Of a stretch of DNA of 64,000 nt, positions 26,039-39,267 are shown piece after piece (within the stretch, counting starts at the first letter, position 1; each line of letters begins with the position of its first letter). Both the position numbers and the translations under genes were made by a program. This DNA comes from Rhizophagus irregularis (Eukaryota), in the NCBI RefSeq assembly GCF_026210795.1, contig NC_089432.1:4650001-4714000 (forward strand), read 5' to 3'. The notes beneath the pieces are model-generated. The model did no database searches. It was not told where the DNA came from and was given only the letters and a program-made list of their open reading frames with translations.

Positions 26039-28794
26039 TTAAATATAGGGTACTTCATAACTCTTTAGACCTGAACTACATCTTTTCAATGCTGTCTCAT
26101 ACCGCTCACATAAATATTCATCAGGTTCAACTTCATCACTAGGTTTTAATTCCAGAGATTCTTCAGGTTGTGTGTATTTTTTTAATAAAATATGAATTAA
26201 TGTTTGTTGTTCCTCAGTAAAATCAATCCTTTCTATAAGTTCTTCAAATTCATCTCTAAATCGTTTAAATAATTCATCTTTTGCACAATTTGATGCTCCA
26301 ATATATGCCACAATATATGGTAATGTTTGTAATCCATCTTTTAATCCACGCGTCCTATATGGTTCATGGCGGATCTTACTAAGAAGACCATCATGTGCAA
26401 CCTAAATAAAGAGTATGTTAAAACAATAATAATATATTAAAAATATTATATTTATTACAAACCTTTAAACATGCTTTAGCATAAGAATCAATTTCTTTTG
26501 AACGTCGTAATTTTTCACCATTTAGTTTATTTAGTTTTACTAATTCACCTTTTTTATCGTTATCTGTTACAAAAAGATTACTGATCCAATCATTCTCCAG
26601 ATCTATTGCATATTTAAAATATGCAAGCGCGTACTTATATTCATCGGAGTTAACACGTTCCAACCCTTCGGTAAAATACAAAGTTATTTCTTTGTATTTA
26701 TCAAAGAATTCCACATATTCTTTAAAAGCTGGATCACATAGATATCCCGTATTCAATGAAAGAGGCTCATCCCAAGTTCCTGTCTAAATATATATACAAG
26801 GATATTCAAATTATAATGTAATTTTTTCAATGGAAAAAAAGTCCATTAGTTAACAGAATAAACTTACTAATTCACAACCAGATTCGTAATATTTATACAT
26901 TAGTGATCTAAACAAATCAATTTGTTCAAGCTTAAGACAAAATATTTCGAATCTATGAATTAATAAATATTCACATTAAAATTATCGAATCCGCTTATTT
27001 TATTACGTAATTGTTATCCCAAATCATGATATATTATGCTTACCTATTGTTGATTGTCGGATGAATGGATACTATATTTTTTTCTTGATGTTCAATAATC
27101 TCACACAGGTTTTTAAGATAATTACCAATATTACGATATGTAATAGAATTAGAATTATACGTATCTACTCGAGACGAATCACACAAAATAACGTCTTGAT
27201 TATAATCATCGTTATTATAATAATCATTATTATAATTATTAAAGTTTTCAATAGATCGTTCTTTTATTAATTTTCCCTCAATTTTTTTATTTAATAATTT
27301 AACGTTAATAATTAAATCTTTTATTTCATCAAATATTCTGTTAAAATCTTTGTTAGTTAAAGATTTTTCTTGCTTATCTGATACTGCTGTAGTATCAATT
27401 TCTTTTGTATTCGGTTTAGATAATTCTCCTTGTAATTTTGAATTATTGATACTTAAAGGGGCCTCATTAAATTCTTGATTGCTTGATAATTGAGGATTTT
27501 CTATTATTATATCTGTTTTTGTAATTATTGCACTTAGCCGATCAACTACTTGATAAATGGTTGGACGATTATCTGGTTCCCCATCCCAACATTCTAAGAA
27601 ATAAATGTAATTTAGGATTAATTAAAATAATATCTAAATTATAAAAATGTAGAATTTAAAATTTAAAATTTTACTCACTAGTATAAATTTTAACATATTC
27701 TTCAGGCGTATCAGGAACAACAGTTTCTCTAAGACCTTGCGAAATTTCCAAAGCTAAACCAACATCATATTCTTCATTCTCAACATAAAAAGGAGGTTGC
27801 CCACTGGATATTTCCCATAATAATACGCCTATACTGTAAACATCACTCTTTTCATTTAACGAGTACATTTGTGTTGTTTGGTTATTATTATTTCTTCGTT
27901 TGTTAAAGCTTTTTGGATCAACATAAGGAACCATTCCAAATGGTTTGGATTGAAAATTGGATGATTTCCCAATTCTTTTTGACAGCCCAAAATCTGCCAA
28001 TTTGATCATGTTTTGATGAACTAATATATTGTCAGAGTGCTATTAAAATGTATAATATATTAAATAAGTAAACGCAATATAGAATTTCAAACAATAATTA
28101 AATAATAATAAATAAATTACCAAGTCACGATGGATAATCCCCTCACTATGTAAACATGATACAGCATAAGCTAATTGGTACGCCATATTGAATTTGTCAT
28201 CCCAAGTGAGTTTATTAAAGTTTTTTTTCAAATAGCTTCGAAGACTACCACTGTCAGCGTATTCCATTACCAGCATATAGTTATTACCAATTTGATCTAA
28301 ATAAAAAAGAATTAAACATTAAACGTAATTTGTGAATAAAAATTAGACTATCATAATTATAATTATCAAGTAACTTTATTAATGCCTTGTAATACCTGAC
28401 TCAAATTTTGTAATTCCATGGCAACGAATAATATTATCAAGAAAATCAACTTTACGTTGATTTTTTAACTAAATAAATTCAAATATTAAAAATATTAAAA
28501 TAAATATAATTTAGATTATAAATAAAAAGAATATAATATATAAATTACCTCACAAACAATTTCCTTTATGGTGACATTGTTAAGATTAAAAAAAGATTTT
28601 AATACAAATTGTTTTTTTAAATTTTTCCAATTTGCACGATACACTTTTCCAAAAACTCCAGAACCAATTTCTTGAATATTACTAAATTGATTGTATTCGT
28701 ATAATTTTAAATGTTCTTTAACAATAGCTTCTTCAATCCAATTAATCCATTCATTTGTATTTTTGCTATCTCGCATTTCCTTATAATCAGACAT
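26039..28794 (-). CDS. Kinase paralogue 4 with the Sel1 array replaced by an unidentified, helical-looking C-terminal domain (8 exons)
   Basis: Exons 28794-28549, 28468-28396, 28296-28121, 28039-27679, 27593-27044, 26952-26868, 26783-26463, 26401-26039 splice GT-AG into one open frame. [23 protein letters not shown]; linker homologous up to ...[13 protein letters not shown], then unrelated. Confidence 0.82.
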
Positions 28795-29149
28795 ATTGAA
28801 TAATAATAAAGTTTATAAACGATAGTATTGAACGGTCAAAGTTTGTGGAATTTTTTTGTACGGTAACAACTTTTTTTTATACAGGATTTTTGTCACACAG
28901 TATCATTTAGTACACCAAACAAAAGAGCTAGCCGCAGTACCGCAGTAATTACATACAGCTTTTTTGGCAACAAAGAAAAAATAAAATAAATGGTATTTAT
29001 ATATATACGGTATGGTTTATATTTGAACTATATATATTTTTAAGTTATTGTGAAAGTGGTTTTAATGGGTTAAATTTAAAATTTGCTGTCATGTGATTTG
29101 CAACGCATTGTAAAATCCATATTATCAACTCGATATCAAGTAAAATAGG

Positions 29150-29242
29150 CTCTATAAAAATTTTATCCGTTATTTCTGTAAAAATTCCGTAAAAATGAGC
29201 CTTTTACAGAAAAAAGATGGAATATAAACTTTTTTTACAGGG
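29150..29242. mobile_element. Short CCC-family MITE upstream of paralogue 4
   Basis: CTCTATAAAAA...TTTTTTACAGGG with 3-bp TSD AGG. Confidence 0.6.
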
Positions 29243-30817
29243 AGGATTTGTAAATGCATACCAATAAATCTAAGTCATGACCAAAATGTTTATTAAAAAA
29301 TAATTTAGTTTTTAAAGATGGTTACTATGAATAGAATATTAGCGAAAATAGAGTAGACTTTCACGATGTTAAAATTATTTGCAAGGGCAAAAGGATTTAA
29401 CTAAATTAAGTGTAAAATAACTGACTAAAATTATTTATTAGTCATTCTTGTTTAAACACTGATCGATCAGTCCTGAAAAATTCATCAACTTTGCTCAATT
29501 TTGAAATACATATAATGCATTTTTTTGGTCTTCTTGGATGCAGAACTTGGTAAGTGTAATTTTTCTTTTTATTTTCCTTTCCTTAAATTTTTTTTTTAAC
29601 AAAATGTTTTTTTTAGATGGCCAGTACTTGATGTTTTTTTTCTTTATTAACCAATTTAACAAACATTACTGCTAAAAATTTGGTTTCTTCCTTTTTTAGA
29701 TACTTTAGCTGCAGCAAAAATCACCACAGAAATATCAAGCCTGTCGTTCCCTAAGATGATCAACGTCATCTCAAAGATCTTCCTGTTCTGAACACCAAGA
29801 AGAACCGTTCACAAAATTATATTTAATATTATTGTTCAGTCGATTAGAATATGCGGGATTTTAATGATATGAGAATCCAATATTGAAAACATTATTAGTC
29901 TCTGTTATTGGATAGGGGATATCGTCATATCGGTCTCCGAACGATATCTTTTTCCCCATCCAATAACTATTGATTCATTGTTAACAACATATTTTCTAAA
30001 GTTTCAATGTAAATTGTTAATTAAATAAAAGATTAATTCTATCTAATATATACTGTACTACTTTATGGCTATTTAATAGTACATTGAAAATTTTGAAAAT
30101 GTATTGTATTAAAGTGATAACATCGTAACGATACTCAATGATGTACAGTACTTAATGGTAAGTGTCTCGTGGCATATTATTATAAGAATATAATCTTGAA
30201 CAATATTGATATTTTATCGATACCGTATCAGCATCATATTAACGTCGGAAAAAATTTCATAGTTTTTGCAAAGAATTGTAACATTGAAATATTATCGACA
30301 GGGAAAAAAGATTAGGTATTTTCAGGTTTTTATGAAAGTTGTTTTATTATGGAAAAGTTATTCGTTTATTATGTGATTTGCAGTAAAATTTTTTACAACG
30401 CATGTGAATTTATCATCTGAATTACATAAATTGCATATTTTGAATTAAATATACTTTAATACTGGTGACGGGATTAATTAATTATTAATCTTACAGTATC
30501 TTTTCAATTTCGCTACACTTTTACGAAAAGTCTTCTTATGATAGACAACATCAAGTGGATGATGTATAAGTCTCATTTGCTTTAAAGGCGAACGGTGTCT
30601 AAATGATGTACATTTTAGGCTACATAATAAAGAAAGAAGTGAGAAGAAAGTCGCATAAAATAGCTTATCTTACATACGTTTCTCGTTATACTTAAATTTT
30701 AATACAGTTAGTGGATTTTTTTACCTATTTCTAATTTAAATAATGTATACAGTGCAATCAGTGCATGTACTAGGAATGATTTGTAATTCATTCTTTCTTT
30801 AATCACTAAGCCATTAG

Positions 30818-30939
30818 GTCCGGAGCGTGATCAGGGGACATTTTTTCCAATCAGAAATGACGCGGCGTGACAAACGGAAAGACTCACGTGACTGATCGAT
30901 TTTTGACAAAAGTATAATGTCTTACGCTTCGTTTCGGAC
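30818..30939. mobile_element. Unclassified short inverted-repeat element (GTCCGGAGCG...CGCTTCGTTTCGGAC)
   Basis: Same termini and internal ACTCACGTGA..GATC as 36456-36607. Confidence 0.55.
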
Positions 30940-32202
30940 GAAACGAAATGGAACTTACGTCTCAAATGTTTATTTTATAAATATCAATGCGAATCCAGTG
31001 ATCAATACCTTCGTGAAAGAAATTCCTGATCAAGAATGTTAGTAATAAAATAATAAAGAAGAGGTAATAGCAATTCCTTCTCAATGTAATGTTTGATACT
31101 CATTTCATGCTAAGTTACAATCTCTTTTATATCTATAAAATTTCTCTACAGTTACTGTCTAGAAAAAAAAATGATTTCTTACTCATAGTGGTTTGTGCGC
31201 CATTTGTAATACCCAAGATCAAGCATGTGCTAACTGCTAAGCTTTCCTTAGAGAATTTTCTTTATTTCTGAAAAAAGGATGGAGACATCAAAAAACGCGC
31301 AATTCTGCTGGAGACGTACCCACGGACGGCGGGTCAAATGATCAGTACAAATGACGAACTGCCTGCAACTTGCATAGACACGTAGCTCTGCGTTCATGTG
31401 CGAAAAGGAAATAAAATTTTTAAATATAGATTTAAAATGAAAAAATTTATGATAACAGTCATACGAAAAATATTTTAATCTACGGTATATATACTGTAGC
31501 GTCTGAAGCATCATCAATGTATAATAAAAGTATTAACGCGTGATGTAGACAAAATCACATAACATGAAATTTATTGTCACACAATATACTAGAATATGAT
31601 AGGCATTTAAACGCGTGCAGACAGACAAGAATCCAAAATAGAGTGTACCTTATCATAATCATAAGTGCTTACGCTTCCGACAATAATTTGTTTATAAGAA
31701 TATATTAGAAAAATTTTCAACGCGTGGTTGCTCTATTAAGATAATAAAAGAGTAATTTAATATATACCATTGTTCGTTTAAAATAAATATCATGATGATA
31801 CTAAAAGGTATTCTGAATAGACATCCACCGTACATTTGGTATCAACCTATTAAAATCTGTAAAGAATCTTATTATTGGTTAATTTATTTTGCTAATTAAC
31901 AAAATTTGAAATATTTTGTTCTTTAATAGATGATTTTATAACGTGAGTTTTAATGATTAATGTTATAGTTTTTTTTATTTCATTACCTTTGCTCGTTAAT
32001 ATTTTTTTTTCATGATAAAACATGTTTTAAACTTCATCACATGTAAATGGTTCTAAAATAAAAAAAAATTAGTGTTGAAGCATCATCGCAAAAGGAATCA
32101 ATTTACTACGATAACATACTTCAAGATTATCTAAACTCACCTGAAAAACTTTCAGAAATTATTATCAGAATTCGAATTGTCAAGTTTACTTGTTTTTACT
32201 CT

Positions 32203-32467
32203 CCCTATAAAAAAAGAATGTCCGGAAATTGTTGCTAAAAACGTCCGGAAAATGTTTATTTGTCTGGAATATTTCCGGAATATTGCAATATTCCGGACGT
32301 TCGAAAATTTCCATTTTCCAGAAAATGTCCAGAAAATGTCTAGGAGGGTTCAGACCCAGCGTCCAGAAAGTGTCCGGAATATTGCAATATTCCGGACGTT
32401 TTCCGGACACACGGACATTTTCCGGATGTTTTTAGCTACAATTTCCGGACATTTTTTTTTTACAGGG
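32203..32467. mobile_element. CCC-terminal foldback MITE with TCCGGA subrepeats
   Basis: ~50-bp TIRs (CCCTATAAAAAAAGAATGTCCGGAAATTGT / ACAATTTCCGGACATTTTTTTTTACAGGG). Confidence 0.85.
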
Positions 32468-32944
32468 CTATATTTATTTGCAATATATATTATTATCTTA
32501 TTTTTTAGTTTAATTTCAATTTACGTGGTTTCATTCAATAAGAAAAAAAAATTATAGTCTTAACAATTATTTGAAAAAAAAATTTTAAGAACCTTAGAAT
32601 TATAAATAATTTAAATACTAGTTGTACCAGTTGTATTATACTGTATTATACTTACATAATGGAGGAATTGTTATCATTATTTGGTAATTTTTTTATATTA
32701 TTTACCATTATATATACCTCACATAGTTAATGAGGTAGTATCATTCATGCAAATTTGTACTAGCTGTAAAATTATTGGGAGTTTAGTTGTAAAATTGAAC
32801 GAAAGGTCCCGTCAAACCATATGATATTATTGGCGGATGATTAAACCAAACAATAATCAATCTAACAGTAATAGCGGCACGTAAACAAATGGAAATTATA
32901 AGAAAGCGCTCAAGACGTCGTTATGTTATGATAATACCAAGAAT

Positions 32945-33210
32945 TAAAAAATAGTTAAAATATTGGCAAAAAAAAGCTGCAAATAATGGAAATAATGGAA
33001 ACAATATAGCTATGTATGATAATCTTACTTTCATGTACTGTATATGAATAAAAGATTTATTCAATTAACTATCCGATGATGACGATTCAGGTGTTAGGAC
33101 TTAGGATATGATATAATAATGGAATTGGTGCTAGTAGATAAAAATGATTCGAATTATATCATAAAGCTGCTAATTTAAGAAGTATCGCAGCTCAATATAA
33201 TCTTGCTGAC
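32945..33210 (+). pseudogene. Highly degraded Sel1-repeat gene remnant
   Basis: Fragments KAANNGN..IAMY, NNGIG and FELYHKAANLRSIAAQYNLA in broken frames. Confidence 0.65.
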
Positions 33211-33325
33211 TACAGTATCAAATATATAAAATAATCAAAAATTCATGAGTAGAGAATGGAAAGATTTACGTGGTATATTAAGGAAATTGCAATAGTGTAA
33301 TAAATTTTTAATGTCACTTTTAGAT

Positions 33326-33614
33326 TAGTGTTTGGAATCATGTAACAGTTATTCGAATAACTCGAGTATATTCGAGTATTCGAATAAGCATAGTGGTTAT
33401 TCGAGTATTCATTTAGCCAGATATAGTATAGTTAAAATTCTAATTGGGCATTAAATCCTTAAATTTAACTGAGTTAAAATCATAATTCAGGCCAAAAATT
33501 ATGTAAATCATTACTATAAAAGGAAATTTAACTTATTCGAATATTATTCGAATATACTTTATAAATTTAAATGAATACTCGAGTATATTCAAATATATTC
33601 GATTCCAAACACTA
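33326..33614. mobile_element. hAT-type MITE
   Basis: TIR TAGTGTTTGGAATC / GATTCCAAACACTA; 8-bp TSD TTTTAGAT; TATTCGA subrepeats. Confidence 0.88.
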
Positions 33615-34245
33615 TTTTAGATAAGTTAGATGATGTAACCTTAAAATAATAAGATTCTTTATTTTTAATATTCAAATAATAAATATTCATAAATAACTAC
33701 ACATTACATTTAATTTGATTATTATTGATAATTATTTCTATATTAGTTGCAATAATTTTTAATACAAAATTATAGTTTTACACGAACAATTTAGAAATCA
33801 CAGGTTATTTATTATTACTTTTAGAGATCAACCGAGCGTTTTGCTTTGATTAAATTTAAATTGAAAAATGAATTAGAAATATCAAAATGTAACGCTGTTA
33901 CCCCCACGAGAAGGTTAGTTTATAAATGCATTCACTAAAATTTATTTTATTTATTTTTATAGCTAAAACATGTTATATATAAGTATCAATGAATACTTGC
34001 ATATACCTATGTCACCTATAAGTTACTATATCGTAAAATTTTTTGAGCACATGGCCAAATAAAAATTATCATTGTTTATAAAAACTATATATTTAAAAAA
34101 AATTCTATTTAAATAAATCTTTTGTTTTTAGACATAAAAGTATTAATACTATACTATCGTCTTTCATGATCCTTACTTTCATATATACGATTATTTCATA
34201 AGGTAGTACGTACCGTCAATAAAGACAGATTGTATAAATAAATTA

Positions 34246-35367
34246 TTAATTTTTTTGAAGTATTTCTAATCTATTTTGTGCATGTTTACATCCTCGTTTG
34301 GCAGATTTTTTATACCAATAAATTGCTCTGTCTATATCTTTTGTAATTCCTTTTCCAAACTCATACATAATACCAAGATTATATCTTGCCACCATTTCTC
34401 CTAAATTTGCTGATTTTTGGTATAATTCAAACGCTTTTTGTTTATCAATTTCAGTTCCAATACCAGTTTCATAACAATATCCTAACATTGTTATTCCCCT
34501 TGAATTACTTCCTTCAGCTGATTTCTTAAATAATTCAAAAGCTTTATAACAATCTTTTTTAACGCCATCTCCATTTAAATAACATTTACCTAAATTATGC
34601 ATAGCTAAAATATTTCCATTATTTGCAGCTTTTTCATACCAATAAAAAGCTTTTTTTAAATTTTTTTTAATACTTATTCCATGTTCATAAAAATATCCAA
34701 TTTCTGATTGTCCAAGAGAGAAATTTTTATTAGCCGATTTTTCAAAATATTTAAAAGCTAATTTTTCATTTTTTGTAGTTCCATTACCAAATTCATAACA
34801 ATTTCCAGCAAAATATTGTGCAAGTATATGATCTTTTTCTGACGCGTTAACAAATAAATTAAACGCTCTTTCAGTATTTACACTTGTTTCAATTCCCCTA
34901 TAATTAAAATATCCAAGTAAAAAAATAGAATTTGAAATATTTTGATTATATAATGACCAATTATAAATTTCTTGTAAATTAATATTATGATTATTAAAAT
35001 AATCAATAACTTGTTCTTCTAATAATTGCCATTCAATTCCTTTATTTAATAATTTAAAAATTAAATCATTCGCTTCATCAACTATTATTTCAAACCCTTT
35101 TTCAGATAAAAGTTTCTCTTGTTTAATTGATACTGTTATAGGATCAACTTCTTTTATATTTATTTTGTCAAAATATTGAATATATTGAGATAATTCTTGT
35201 AGTTCTGAATTATTATTTATCTTTAAAGTGGTCTCGTCAAATTCTTGTTTGTTTGAGAATTGAGTATTTTCGGTTATATCATTTTTTGTAACGATTTTTT
35301 TTTCTTCAATCCAATTAATCCATTCATTTGTATTTTCGGTATCTTGAATTTTTTTACTACTAGACAT
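34246..35367 (-). CDS. Single-exon Sel1-repeat protein, kinase-deleted derivative (paralogue 5)
   Basis: 373-aa ORF; the kinase-gene N-terminus [15 protein letters not shown] joins directly to the post-kinase linker IVTKND; 6 Sel1 repeats. Confidence 0.9.
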   Translation of the reverse strand: MSSSKKIQDTENTNEWINWIEEKKIVTKNDITENTQFSNKQEFDETTLKINNNSELQELSQYIQYFDKINIKEVDPITVSIKQEKLLSEKGFEIIVDEANDLIFKLLNKGIEWQLLEEQVIDYFNNHNINLQEIYNWSLYNQNISNSIFLLGYFNYRGIETSVNTERAFNLFVNASEKDHILAQYFAGNCYEFGNGTTKNEKLAFKYFEKSANKNFSLGQSEIGYFYEHGISIKKNLKKAFYWYEKAANNGNILAMHNLGKCYLNGDGVKKDCYKAFELFKKSAEGSNSRGITMLGYCYETGIGTEIDKQKAFELYQKSANLGEMVARYNLGIMYEFGKGITKDIDRAIYWYKKSAKRGCKHAQNRLEILQKN

Positions 35368-35460
35368 ATTTGAATAATAACGGAAAAGTTTTAAAACCGT
35401 CAGGATTGAACGGACAATTTTTTATTGTAACGAAAATAACCCCCCTTTTAAGCGGATATT

Positions 35461-35766
35461 TTCTCCGAATATTGTCGCACAGCGTCAACTAGTGTCACCA
35501 AACAAAAAAGTTGTGATATTAACCAAACTAGTATCACCAGGTTATACTAATTTTCGCCCTCAGGTTCCCATTGGATCCAACGTGAAATTAGCTCGGATTC
35601 CATGTAATAACGGCAGAAGACATGGGTCCAGATGATTACAAATGATTACAAATTAAAGAATTCTAAATGTTGATCAATCGGTCCCGGTTCACTAGCCAGA
35701 GTCAATGGAAGTAGGGGCGAAAATGATAGTATCACCAAACGAAATTAACCGCAGTACCGCAGTAAT
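35461..35766 (-). promoter_or_regulatory. Conserved upstream block shared by the seven paralogues (this copy split by a MITE)
   Basis: Plus-strand TCCGAATATTGTCGCACAGC...CACCAAACAAAAA...CCGCAGTACCGCAGT; related copies at ~18452-18560, 28885-28958, 40988-41072, 47607-47690, and inverted at ~7700-7746 and ~22290-22332. Confidence 0.6.
35546..35730. mobile_element. MITE inserted in the conserved upstream block of paralogue 5
   Basis: Imperfect ~30-bp TIR ACTAATTTTCGCCCTCAGGTTCCCATTG / CAATGGAAGTAGGGGCGAAAATGATAGT; absent from the paralogous blocks. Confidence 0.65.
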
Positions 35767-36455
35767 CAGATTTTTTTTTTTAAGCTGGTAACACGCACTT
35801 CTTTATTGAGTAGCATACATATGATGCATAACGCAAAAAAGTATGTAGATTAAATATATGATATCTCTTGATGTTCTAATATATATTGTGCACTATCTTA
35901 CGTCCGGCACTATGGCACTATCCAACGTCCACTAAGCAGTTAGTCGAAATTATAAATGATAGGAGCTGCTAATTCTGACCATTTCCAGAATTTTTTCGGA
36001 TGGGGTGCTCGTTCTATAAACTTTTCAGTAATTAAATTTCTAGTTTGAAAATATTATAATATAAATATTTCAGACAAACAATCTTTTTTAAAATTGTATG
36101 ATAAAAATTTGAAATTTTAATCAGCAGCCCATTAAATAGTAAAAATTGTATCTTTTCTTTGATAATTTAAATTCTTGATTTATTTTATAATTTATGTTAT
36201 CATTAATGAATTTTATCATTTGTTTTTATTAAACATTCTTGTAATTCAAAGAAAACAACTAAATAGATATATTCTTAATTATGCTACGAACTTTAAATTG
36301 CTTTAATCAGCCAAATGGATTTTTGTCATCGAAAAGGTTTGAAATTTAAACCTTTAAGTTAATAATCATCACTGGAATACAAAGCAGATATTTTGATTTG
36401 CATAATAATTTAGAAGATACTCTTGAAGTAATACTAGGAAACGGAAACCGTTGTA

Positions 36456-36607
36456 AGCCCGGAGCGAAAAAAAAAGATAAAACTCAGTTTTGCGATTTCA
36501 TTGGATGACGTCATGACCGTCATGTGAGTGATAGAGAACTCACGTGATCGATCAATTTTCATAATGCGTAGACATACCGTATATAGTCCTTCGCTTCGCT
36601 CCGGACA
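36456..36607. mobile_element. Unclassified short inverted-repeat element (CCGGAGCGAA...TTCGCTCCGGAC)
   Basis: Inverted termini; absent from the paralogous flank at ~45440-45470; second copy at 30818. Confidence 0.65.
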
Positions 36608-39267
36608 ATTACCTTCATTCTATGATCGTGAGTACGCCGTAAAATGTGAGTATTCATTCATCAAGAATATGCGGAAGGATCACGCAGTAGCTAACATTTA
36701 AGATAAGCCAAATTTATGTTTCTTTCTTCTCACCTCTTTAACGTAATTTCTTGTAAAAATGGTTATTCAAATGGAAGATGAAAATAATATAATTATATTT
36801 TAGATGATGAAGGAAGTAGCATAATTCAAAATGATAACGTAAATAAAAATGAGAAGAAAATCTCTTATTTAACGGTATATTAGGTAACATATATTATCAT
36901 TTAATGGTCTCTAATTTTAATGGTTTAAGTTTTTTAATTATATGTTATTGCACGGGCGTGCAATAACAACATTAATATACGGACTAAAAATGATCATTTA
37001 AAGCTTTTTTATACTTTTTTTAAACTATTTTATACTTCTAACAGAAATTTAATGTAATGCTTAATAGCAATAAACTCTATATATAGACTTTTAAAATATT
37101 TATTATATACAGTAGACAATAAATATATAAATTTGCATTATAATAAAATTATGAGCATGTTGTATAAACATTCTGATCGTATATTTTTTGTATAGTTAAA
37201 ATTAATTTTATTGACGCTATTTATTGCTTATTGAGATTTATAAAATGTTTTAATAAAGTCTTAAACAATTTGCTTTAATTTTAATCATTTTATAAACGAG
37301 TTATCTTTAAAAACCATGACAGCAAGACGTATAAAACGCATAAAATTTAAAGTTTCACTAATTTGTTTAACCTTTATTATTGCTACCTTGATAGGAATTG
37401 AATTTATATGATAGATAATACCTAATATTGAATCAGAACTAAATCAATTTGAAAATCGGAACAAGCTTTCTGTCACTTAAAGTAGCTGAGCAATATGAAA
37501 AATAACGATATTTTGCAATTTTTAAAACGAAGCTTGAATAACATAACGATAAAACATTACGAAAACGAATTTATAAGTGTGTGATCTAAAAAGTCACTAT
37601 GGGCCAAACTTTCTCATTCAACAATTAATAAATTAAGAAAAAAGAAAATTAATATGACAAAACGCAAAAAAAAAAATACTTCTTTAATCATAATTATTAT
37701 ATTAGAGATTTTTCACAATCATAAGATTGTCAAAGAAACAATCAAATTTGCTCCTGCTTACAAATCATTTACTCCCGAAATAATGGTAATACAATTCGGG
37801 AACCTTTGCAACCAAAATATCCTGGGTGAACTTTATTAATACAAGATTTAAGTAATACAAACGGAAAATGTCATGTTAATAAATAAATAAAAAATAAATA
37901 AATAAATAAATAAGGTAAAAACAGAATGTAAAATGATGTAAAATATTACTTCAGTTCGTCCAACCAACCAATTTCTTACCTTTTTTTTTAAAAAAAAAAG
38001 AAAAATAAGAAAACAAAAAGAACAAAAAGCTCAATAAATCATCATGATTGTATTAAATTAATACTAATGCAACGCGTTCGTTAAAAATTTACCGAAATGA
38101 CGTTTTAGTCTTAAATTTTAAAAGTCACTATACTATACCAGCTGTCCGATCGAAACAATTGAAGTAACCACAACTAAAATGAAAAATAAATTCAAAATTT
38201 CAGATGATCAGGAACTGATCACTAGTTAGTCATTATCTGTTATCGAAACAAGACAAATTCAGCTTAGATTCTTGAATTCTTGAAATTTTTTGTTTATTGG
38301 GACTTCGTCCCCAAGCATTATATTTATTACAAGTATATTTATTGTACAAAAGGAAAGAATTCTCACGAATTTAGCAAGAAAATCACGAGAATTTTTCTTA
38401 TAAGCTTATTTATTTAGTGTGTTTTTTTTTGGTAATCAATTGTCCCGGTCAATCCAAATTTTTAAAATTATATTTTTTTATTCGTTACTAAAATATACAA
38501 CTTGTGAAGACTTTTTGGAAATGGTAACATCATCGAATTTTATATTTGTAAAGGTAAGAAAAATTAGCAGAAATGTTCATATTCTTTAAGCATAGATTTA
38601 TCTGCAATGAAAGGAGTCTATATACTGATATATACAATAGCTAGTGGACATTATCAAAAAAAGTAAAGAAAAAGCGATTTTTTTTTAGAAAAATTTTTTT
38701 ATTAAGAAATTAGAAAAAAGTTTTTTTATTTTTTTATTAGAAGTGTTTTTTTATCATTTTTTTATTAGAAAAAAGTATTATTTTTTCCGTTTCTTTATTG
38801 AAAAATAAGAAAAAAAAAGTATTTTTTTCGTTCGTTCATTAGAAATTAGAAAATTATTTTTTTTTGTTTCTTTATTAGAAAATTGTAAAAAAAAAATTCT
38901 TTCGCTTTTAATTAGAAAATTAGAAAAGAATTAATCTTTTTTTTCATTTTTTTTTTATTAGCAATAAATAAAATATTATTTCTAAAAAACATGATGGTTT
39001 TTAATTTGTCAATTGATCGCAAATCCCAAGTGAAGGATAAATTTACTTTGTTTTAAATTATTTCTTTTGCATAAAGCTTTATATATATTTTTTTTAATGG
39101 TATTGACTTGGCATTATTATTTTTCATTTTCTCTCATATGTACGATTATTTCATAAGTGTCAATTATTTTAAGTCAAATTAATTTTCAGAAAAAAATAAT
39201 TTCAAATTTTTAAGAGTTTCATAATCTTAGGATGACATTTTAATTTAAATGAAACACATGTCATATA

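Noticed and set aside
31060..31420. Cys-rich fragment CAICNTQDQACANC
   Set aside because: Broken frames and no assignable family.
32177..32557. Three overlapping ORFs on both strands
   Set aside because: They coincide with a palindromic MITE.
34246..35367. Intronless Sel1 genes as bacterial HGT or retrocopies
   Set aside because: They share N-terminus, linker and upstream block with neighbouring intron-containing kinases; a genomic deletion explains the intron loss.
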